Shown here: positions 54,600-64,000 of the stretch, in pieces
How the letters are laid out: each line of letters begins with the position of its first letter
Numbering within the stretch: the first letter of the stretch is position 1
Assembly (NCBI GenBank): GCA_013239625.1
Contig: MU054187.1
Coordinates: 9,009,231-9,073,230 of the forward strand
Direction of reading: 5' to 3'
Source: Lama guanicoe
Lineage: Eukaryota
DNA: 64,000 nucleotides
Position numbers and translations under genes: made by a program
Notes under the pieces: model-generated
The model's input: only the letters and a program-made list of their open reading frames with translations
What the model was told of the DNA's origin: nothing
Databases searched by the model: none

Positions 54600-57090
54600 G
54601 TATATGATTTTTTTCATTAATCTTACTTTTAATATGTACTGTACTCACATGTTTCAAAAATGAAAACAAGGAGGGAAGGGGGGAGGGAGGGAGAAGAGAA
54701 CACAGTGAAAAACCTAACCCCTACCTAGTCCCCCATCCAACCAACTGCCAGACCTTTCCCTAAAATGATCATCTTTTTCTCAAAAGTTTTGTGGCTATCC
54801 TGAGTTTTAGATCAAATATATGGAGACATCATTATATACTATTTTTCTAACTTATTTTACATAAATGGTAGCATGTCATACAGCCTGTTCTGCACTTTGT
54901 TTTTTAACTTATCTTGGGGCTCTTTTCCTATCAGTATCTAGAGGCTGTAAAGCATTCCATCATATGGATGAACCATAGTCTATTTAACCAATCCTCTACT
55001 AAAGGGCACTGCTACAATTTCACAATTTGCAAACAGACCTTTGTTTTATTAAATATGTTTATATTTCTACCACTTTGTTTTATCAGCTTGAGATATCACC
55101 CTTTAATGTTTTGTTATTGCACAAGAGGAAATCAGTCTATATCTCATCTTTTTTTCCTTTTCCAATGTTTGTTACGTGTCAGAGTGCTTTTTCCCCCTTT
55201 CACTCTGATCCCTATTTTCATTTTAGGTTCTGCTCTAGAATTAAATATATTCAATATTCAGATTCTTTCACTATGGGTTCCCCAGTTATCTCTGTCTCTG
55301 GGGTTCAACAACTGGACTGTAATGTATCTCAGTGGGGGTCTCTGAGTTTATTCTGCTTGGAGTTCACCCTCCTTGGAGTTCACTGAGCATCTTAGATGTG
55401 CATATTCATGTTTTCATCAGATCTGGGAAGTTTACTACCATTACAATTATTTTTTTCTGCCCCTTTCCCTATTCTTTCTCCTGCTGGAGCTCCAATGAGT
55501 CATAGGTTGGTACACATGGTTTCTTGGGCTCTGTCTCTTTTTCTTCTTTTTTCCCTTTCTGCTTCTCGGTCTGGATAATTTCAATGTTCTTATCCTCAAG
55601 TGTGTTGATCCTTTCTTCTGCCTGCTCAAATCTGCTGCTGAATCCCTCTAGTATATTTTTTATTTCAGTTATTATACTTTCACTCTAATCCCAGTTATCA
55701 GCTCCAGAATTTGTTAGGTTCCTTTTTAAAATTCTATCTATTGAGATTCTGATTTGTTCATTCAATGTTTTCCTGACTTCCTTTAGTTCTCTGCCCATGG
55801 TTTGCTTTAGCTCATTGAGCATTTAAGACAGTGATTTAACATCTTTGGTTAGCAATTCCAACGTATGGGTTTCTTCAGGATGGTTTTTGTGAAGTTCTTT
55901 TTCTCATATGTATGGGTCATACTTTCCAGTTTCTTCGTATGTTTTATAGTTTTTTGTTGAGAACTGGGCATCGTGAGTATTATACTGGGGTAACTGGAAA
56001 TCTAATCTCTCACTCTTCCAGAACTGTTAGTTTTGCTTGCTCTGGGCTGAAATCATCTGTTTTGTGAACTTTCCAAACTATTTTTGCCTCTGCCTACCTA
56101 TTTGACTGTTTATTCCTTGCTGTGTGTGATCACTGAAGTTCCTGTTACAATATCTCTGCAGTCAGTCAGTGACCCAACACAGATTTCCTCAAATGTCTGG
56201 CTCCAAAGAGAGGGGTGGAGAGGGAAAGCACTGATTCTTTAAATCTGCTGGCAGATGCTGCTGCACAAAGCCTCCACAGCTCAGGGGCTGAAACCAAGGC
56301 AAACACCTGTGTCTGTCCCTCGGGGATCTGCCAGATTGGCTTAAAGAAGCAACTCCAACTTTCTGGAGGACAAGGTGCCCACTGCCCACCCTGGCTTCAG
56401 CAAGCCAATACAGGAACTTGGGCCACTATCCCCACAGGCCGAGGGGCTGAGGAGTGAGTGTTGTGTCCAATCAGGGCCTAGAGCCTGAAACAGTTGATTC
56501 TGGCCTCCCGTCCCCGCAACTTTAGTGGTGGAGAGACCAACCCCAGAGCTCCCCACCCTGTTATTTTGAGCCACATCATTCCTTCCCTTTAAAAAAGTGT
56601 ACTTTTCCTGGTCCTTTCTGGGAGGAGCTTCTCTAAGTCTTCTCTTCTGCTCAACTTGGGTTTGAGAACGCGAACTAGTTGCATGGAAGGGCTTGGCAGT
56701 CCAGAAACAGCAGCTGACAACAGCCTGGCACCCTCGGTACTTTTCTACGAATTACTTTCTGTATACATACAGTTTTTCTTTCATCTCAGACAGTTCACAG
56801 TACTTTTTAACCTAAAAATTCATAAACACCTTTTCAGGTCAATAAATACACTTACATGTGCCATCCTTTTTATCAGCCACGTATTGTTCTAAAGTATAAG
56901 ACTACCATAAATGACTAAATTCTTTTGCCGTTACGCTGTTCCTAATTTTCATTTTTCTTACCAACAATTCTGTAATAGACACTCTTGTAACTAAATCTTT
57001 TCACACGTCCTGCTTCCCTTAGAACAAACCCTCAGAAGTCAGACAAGCACACAGGAGCACATTTCAGTGGCTTCTAAGACACAAGCAAAC
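54600..57090 (-). mobile_element. Composite of old LINE-1 fragments (boundaries approximate)
   Basis: Antisense L1-like motifs such as ccatcatatggatgaaccatagtctatttaaccaatcc and ttcttctgcctgctcaaatctgctgctgaatccctctag. Confidence 0.65.
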
Positions 57091-57270
57091 TGGAGAACAG
57101 GTTTTTTAAAAGAAAATGAGACAGGTTCCCAGAACTATCCTAGACTGGCTTCCAAAATATGATCTAAGAGAAGGGAATCAGTAACAATAAATCAAGGATG
57201 AAGCATGAGATCATTTTAAGAAGGAAAATTTTAGTTTCTTCAGGTTTGCTTCACCTCACCCCAATCCTTT

Positions 57271-57274
<4 letters not shown>

Positions 57275-57302
<28 letters not shown>
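57275..57302. repeat. (AC)14 microsatellite
   Basis: Directly visible dinucleotide repeat. Confidence 0.95.
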
Positions 57303-58559
57303 TGATTCCCTATAATGATCAAAAGTAAAATTCCTATATTGAAACAAGCAGGCAGAGGCCACTACTGACAAGGTCACAGGCTGAGTAAGAAGCATTATTT
57401 AGGAATATATAAAAGAGGATACATGGGGAACCAGGAACAAGAATGAGTGATTATGAGAACTTAACTAGTACTTTCATTCAGTTACTAAAAAGCTCACCTC
57501 CTGACCATATTACATAAAATCTGACCCGATTACCAATATTTTCATGAACTCATTTTGTGACATGAGACACACTGTTATTTATTTCACAACATAACAGACG
57601 GCAGATTAAAACTGTCTTCATTGAAGTCCAGCTTCCCCCAGGCTAGGACTTTTTATTTCAAGTCTCAGGCTTGTTCTAGTTTACATGGTTACCTACATTC
57701 CAATCCAGCTTAGAAAGCCAAGAGGGCTCAGTGAATTAATCAAGTTACTGTTAAAGAACTGTTAGCTCTGCTGGTTCTCCTCTAAAATATCACATTACCT
57801 CACTGTGTGACCATGAACAAACTAACCAACCTCCACCAAAACCAAATGAGCGTTGTTCATTAATGATCATGGGAATTACTCCCAGTCTTCTACTCTTGGC
57901 TTCTCTGAGCCAATGTGAAATGCAGGATAGCAGCAAGCAAAGAAGCCATGTTTTTATCTTGCTTTTATCTTTCATACTAGAAAGTGGACAGGAAAAAATA
58001 AATGTAGGTAATAGGTTAAGGAAACACAAGGGCGGGAGAATCAACACATCTTGAGCAGTATTCCTTCCAACTCTCCCACAAACCCTCTTCTCTGTCATCC
58101 GAATGGTATGGCAGAGATACCACTTATATTTAATTACTGGATAAAAGAGATTTTTAACAGAAAAGCCTTTAGATCTTGAGACTTAACCACTACTTGCTTT
58201 AACGGTCCACAAGAGGGAGTCCTATAGTCACTATATTTGATACCTTAAAACCATAACAATCATTTAGATGCATAGTATCATGAACTACCCTGGGAAATTG
58301 TTTAAAAAAATTTTTTTAATTCAGTGCTATAAGGTTTTAACTCTAGTTGAGGGTAAGGTCATATTGAATGATAATTGAATAAAAAACATAAAGACATTCT
58401 ATGTTCTTATCTCTGCTTTCTTTAATTTTCCTTACAAAGAATATGAGCCATATCTGAAAAGCCTACTGTTAATACTGAATAATTACATTCAGCTACATCG
58501 AGATTCAAGTTTTCCAGGGAGAATTTTTACACTTCACATGCATGGATAAATGGGGAAGA

Positions 58560-58790
58560 AACAGCACGGTGTTCAGAGCACTGGTCTTTAGTAAAGCAGC
58601 TTGTGCTAATCCAGAGAGGCAGCAGAGCAGGGCGAATAAAGACGTCAGCTTCCGGGTTACACACCTGACTCTGAATCACAGCTCTGCCACTTTTACTAGT
58701 TTGTGACATTAGGAAAGTTATTCACTGTAAATTAGGCCTTACAGAACTGCTGTAAAAATTAAATGAGATAATACAGCAATATGCCTTTTG
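58560..58790 (+). mobile_element. MIR SINE remnant
   Basis: gaatcacagctctgccacttttactagtttgtgacattaggaaagtta...aattaaatgagataata. Confidence 0.6.
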
Positions 58791-60184
58791 GGGCAAAGAC
58801 TCAACACTAACATTAATGGCTATAGTTGCTATAGTTGGCAGTTTTTTCTTAAGTGATATATAATTGATATATAACATTAGTTTCATGTTTAAATATTTTT
58901 AAACACATGACTTCATAATATTTATTTTAACAAAGCTAACTTTATACTTCATGACAGCATAATTTTATCCTGAAGACCACTGTATACTTTTACATACTAT
59001 AGAAATAAATGCACATTTAAAGATTTCAAAATATGCATACAATGTCATTACTTTAAAACAAATATATAGACATTCCAAGCTTTATTACAAACCAAAGAAA
59101 TAAATATTACTCATAATCTAAAATTAGATCAATGTTAACATGACAATAAACTGTATAACTAATATTCTTTCCCTTAAGCAATTCTCAAAACTTCAGTTTG
59201 CAGAATTCAACATTCACTTTGACAGGATTTGATAAAATAGTCGATATAACCCCCTTTTAAAAGATTACTCTTATTACTGTTATGTAAGCATGTCCACCCT
59301 TCAGAGATGGGATATGGTGGGTCCTTTTGATGCTTAAACTTGGGACTTGAACATAGGTCCTTATTCAGTGCATTCTTAATTCTCCTACTAGTGAGCTTAG
59401 AGAAAAAGAAGGAAAAGAAAGTACACAAGGCTTTAACGGATAACATGAAAAATAAAGCTTAAAGTTAAATTTCCAATTTCCCCAAAGGACAAGTAGAATT
59501 AAACCACCATTAAGTTGTATTAAGGTTAATGTCCAATCCATATTGGTTCCCTAATTTATGCTATGAAGTTAGAGAAGATACCCAAGAGATAGAATATTTT
59601 ATACTTTCAATGTGAGAAGAAGAAACAAAAAATCAGTGCATTTCCTAATCATCTAGAAAACAAGATAGATTTTTTAAAAAAATACACATAGTTGAGCAGA
59701 ATGCTCTGTTTCCTAATTCGATTCAATGCAGCAGTTCTCATCTCTACAAGCACTGCTTGGTAAGAGGACTGTTAAAAGAAGGAGGTAGGAACATTCGTGA
59801 TGAAAAAGACATGAGACTGTTTCCTGTGACACTTTCATGAACTAGTATAGAAATGTTTTTGAAACAATCAGATATGACTTCAAGATGAATGAATGGGAAC
59901 AAACCAGAATTTAATAGAAACTCCAGACAAATATGACCTCAGTCTACAATACTACAGCTGTAAGTAGAGGCTGGCATGCTCACATCTGAATGAGAGACTG
60001 AATTACAAATGATGGACAGCCACCTTATTAGAGCAAACAAATAATGGCTAAAATATATATATATATATGCTTGTAAATAGGATAGCAATGACCAGGCAGT
60101 ATAGTATGAAAGATAGTAAGAAAAACAATATAACGAAGAGAAAGTTATGGCTGAGGGAAACAGCAAGCAACAACTTCTATTCTT

Positions 60185-60314
60185 TTGTGTGATTGTTGGG
60201 AGATAATTTGATTGATTGATTGATTGATCGATTTTTAGAGGAAGTACTAGGGACTGAACCCAGGACCCCATGAACGCCAAGCATGCGCTCTACCACTTGA
60301 GCTATATCCTCCCC
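60185..60314 (-). mobile_element. tRNA-derived SINE (Vic-1-like) with 17-bp target-site duplication and (TGAT)n tail
   Basis: TSD caacaacttctattctt (60168-60184) / caacaacatctattctt (60315-60331), 16 of 17 identical. Confidence 0.88.
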
Positions 60315-63300
60315 CAACAACATCTATTCTTAAAAAGAAGAGGCAGCAAAAACTTTGAATTTAACAGGCTCTGCCCTTGTGTGGGAGTTACTACATATTA
60401 AAGACTAAGCTAACCTAAGACAATAAAATCAGTATGATATAAGCTTTTAAGCTCCAAATAAACATAGAAACAGATGTCCCTTCTGATCATATAACTAAAT
60501 GTGAAACAAGTATCCAAGTCTAACATAGCCCTGTTAGGAAGACAGGAAACCCCAAATTAAATGCATATGAGGCTCTACAGCAAATTTAGAGTTTTGTTTG
60601 CTTTCAAAGTGGGTTATTAGAATAAAGACAACATGAGACATCTGACTGAACAGAAGGGGAGCAACCAGCTGGATCTGGTTTACAGCTAATACAGATCATA
60701 CTTAGAGAAATACAAATGGGACGCTATAAAGTCTAACTGGTAGAAGATACACATTTTTGGTCAATTTGATGCAACAAGAATATATTCAATCTCTATAATG
60801 GGTTAGAGGCTGCCAGAAACCAGAAACAAAAAGATGAGAAAGGCTAAAAGGCTAAGGTTAAGAGTTTTTAGGCTACAATGTAAATATCCTGAAAGGTCCC
60901 CTTGCTGCCCTAGTATGGGGTGGAATAAAGTGCTAAAATGAACAGAAAGCTCAGGATAATGGCAAAACACATTCACACAGAACGGAACATTACCATGTGT
61001 CAGAAGTAAAAGAAAACGGAAAACTGCCATTTGTATGGACACGAAAAAACATTCTACTTGTATTACAACTTGTCCAACGCTGGCAGAGAGACCATGGCTT
61101 CCAGTCTGGATGACGTCAGTGAGCTTTGGTGAGTTCCATGAAAAGAAGGAACTGTCAAGCTGGCAACTTCCATTACTATTTAATAATCATGCCAAAATCT
61201 TTCAAAGGAACACATCAGGCTTTCTAAGTGCACATGTGGAGTAGAATTATAATAATTCTTTTATGTTTAAAGATATAATTTGTTATCATATAACCTAAAA
61301 AGAATGTGTAACTAAAAGAATAATTTATTAAATTTAGGGACATAAATTTAGAGCAAATGAGATGAATTTTGACAAAAAGTTAACATGGAATTCATTTTAT
61401 CAAGGCCAACTAATTTCAGAGTTAAAATATCGTATTTCAAGAGACCAGGTATATGGTCAGTTGGACACAGAAAAATATTTGTAGGACCATCTGGGGCCCT
61501 TAATCCAGGCTACGGAAAGCTGGTTACTAAAGCCAACATACACAGAAGGAGGAAACTGACGTGACGGAGGCTTCTGGTCCTCTCCCCATAAAGAGCTGAG
61601 TGAAGGCAGGAATCTGAGAAATCTTGGTGAGGGACGCGGTCACAGTAAGGGTGATGCTCAGGAGCTAAGAAGCCGTGTCAGAAGACACAGCTCTGTGACA
61701 CCTTTCAGTTCAAACCACTCTGCTGTCAGCGGAACACCTATGCCAGTCTCTCTAACCAATCAACTTCTCTCTCCGCAGCCTTCTCTTCCCCCAATAGCTT
61801 TGCCTCTCAGTTTGTGTATTTACTGCTCATACGTTATCAGACGCCTCAAACTTAGAATTTCCACAACATAAGGTCGGGAGACTATACAGGTTAAAATTAG
61901 TTGAATGAACAATATCAAAAATCAGTTTATTAAGTGCTGGAGGACCAGAAATCTGTACCTTAGTAGGAGTAATTCCTAGATAGGGCAGGTCTGAGGGGTA
62001 GGGATCTTTTAAAAATGGGATGAAAGATGAAGTTTTTCAGTGGGTCTCAAAGAAGTGTTAATGCTAACATTTTCAATTTAAGTATTTGTCAGAAACTAGT
62101 CACCTGCCTATAGAAAAGTGGGCCAACCCTTTTTAAAAAAAGGTATATAAAATGATTGCACACTTAGACGAGCTAGCTACTTCATCTGCTAGTAATCCTA
62201 TAGCCCTCAACAGGATTTCATGTACAGCTTTGGGGGACAGGCAAGGGACAAAGAGGCTAGATAAGAAGCATCAATCTTAGCTTCTTGTTATCTAATTAAT
62301 GATCAGCATACTGTGAATACCTATGGAGTACTTATGACACTTTAAAAACTGTAAGCCAGAAACTGCTTTCTATTCAATAAGCAATCTCAAAACTGCTTTC
62401 AGGCTGAATAAAAATTTCTGACTAATGGGAGCACCTGAGAATTTCAGCAGTATCTTCAACGAGCTAAGATCTTCCAAATTTCTTAATAAACAACCCACTC
62501 ATATAATTGTGATATGTATGTTCTATCTGAATTGCAAAATGGAACCCTTCCCAGAGGGAAAAAAATTCCTTTGAAACAATACTCCAAGGAATGTTTCTGG
62601 TCATCCTAAAATAATGTCAACAAGGACTTCCTTACATGAAAAATTCCTTTCTCAAAATGAAACTATGTAAATATGTATGACATAATCTTTTGTCCTATAA
62701 TATAAAAGATAGGTAATAAGAACACAAACAAAAGAACGCTTCAGAAAATCTCTTTCATGAGAGATGATACCTGGGAAAATTTTTTGACTTTTCATCCCAC
62801 AGACCCAAGGTAATAACACCTGATAAATTCACAAAGAAGTTAGTATGAACAATCCACTTACAGCATTAGAGACCAGAAAAAAAACCAACCAACCAACCAA
62901 AAAAGAAATCTAGTTAAGAATGAAAGCTTTTGTATGATACATCCATTATTTGGGGAAAGGTTTAACTTGAAAATTATAATAGTAGAATTTATTGATTAAA
63001 GCAGAACAGTGCGACAAGTTACCAGACTAACCCTGACTTCAGATTTATTACAGGCCTTTGGGAAAGACTTCTCGGCAAAGAGGACTCATGATCATCCAAA
63101 CCCGTCCACCCTCTGTAACCGTGAATACAGGTTAGTTTAAAAACGTCTTCCCAAAGTTTGAACTCTTTCAGTTCTTTATAAATAATCACAGACCTGGTAT
63201 AATACCGGTTAATTAACAAATATGTACTCTGACTATAAATTCATGATTTTTAATAAATGCATAATTTAATAACATACTTTAAAAAGTATTTGTTGGGAGA

Positions 63301-64000
63301 TCATTTCAAAACACAAATATAAAATACAAAAAGGTGCAAAACTTAACAGTACAAGGAATAGCCTTTATCAAGTGCCCTTTGCTCAGATTTGCCATTGTTG
63401 ACATTTTTTTCACCTGCTTTACCATTTGCACTGTGTGTGTGTGTATGTGTGTGGTGTGTACATGATTCTTTTTCTGAATATTTGAGGGTAGGTTATAAGC
63501 ATTCCAGTCTTTCGTCCTTAAATACTTTGGTGAATAACACCCCAACTTAATATATATTTCTACTATAAATAAGAGCAACGTGAATGTATTCACATACACG
63601 TTAACATTTGTGTATGACTATTCCTTCTGCACACATTTCTAGTGCTGAAATCAAAGAGATAAAAATGTTTAAAACTCTCGATGCACAGTGCTGAACTGCC
63701 CTCTAGAAAGTCTGTGACTTCTGTTACTAGCACCTGAGCTGACTGTTTGCTTAATTTTCTAAATTTGACAGGAGTCTGTTTAGTAGCGAGGTTGAACACT
63801 GTTTCTCTAACGTGCTACTGTGTTCAGCTAATTTTCTTCTTTTGTCTCTTTATACCCTTTTAGAAAGACTCAAAGTCAGAATTTGCTGCATGATAATGCC
63901 AAGGGCAAATTCTACTGTGAAGATACATTTATAGGTGTTACAAGAATAAGGATTTATGACAAAAGACAATCCAAGCCACAAAAGCTCAAGGCAGAAAAAC

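Noticed and set aside
57863..58054. ORF starting MIMGIT..., superficially like the PDE7A2 N-terminus (MGITL...)
   Set aside because: Wrong strand and wrong position (inside intron 3); similarity limited to four residues.

Overview
Mammalian genomic DNA, probably camelid: six copies of a tRNA-derived SINE resemble the camelid Vic-1 family. Two convergent protein-coding genes are present. On the + strand is MTFR1 (mitochondrial fission regulator 1) with all seven coding exons (270..24527, about 343 aa, one 19-N gap in the poly-Pro tract) and a likely poly(A) signal at 25985. On the - strand are the last ten coding exons of PDE7A (cAMP phosphodiesterase 7A; 51670..33523, whole catalytic domain); its 5' exons lie beyond the window. 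Exon numbers follow human by analogy. Introns hold ordinary old repeats (L1, L2, MIR, MaLR, Tigger2 MITEs, MER33). Almost all ORFs in the supplied track are spurious. I see no new gene or multi-gene system. The best leads are RNA-processing signals read from the sequence: (1) a candidate hidden exon in MTFR1 intron 3 with a 109-nt AG-free zone and QKI/RBFOX motifs that could yield a 56-aa N-terminal microprotein or an NMD isoform; (2) uORFs in all three frames just ahead of the MTFR1 start; (3) a cluster near the PDE7A 3' end with a GC donor, a candidate 21-nt poison microexon, a PDE7A3-like intronic read-through with its own poly(A) signal, and a rare GAG acceptor. All need expression or conservation data. 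Human comparisons are from memory and should be verified.
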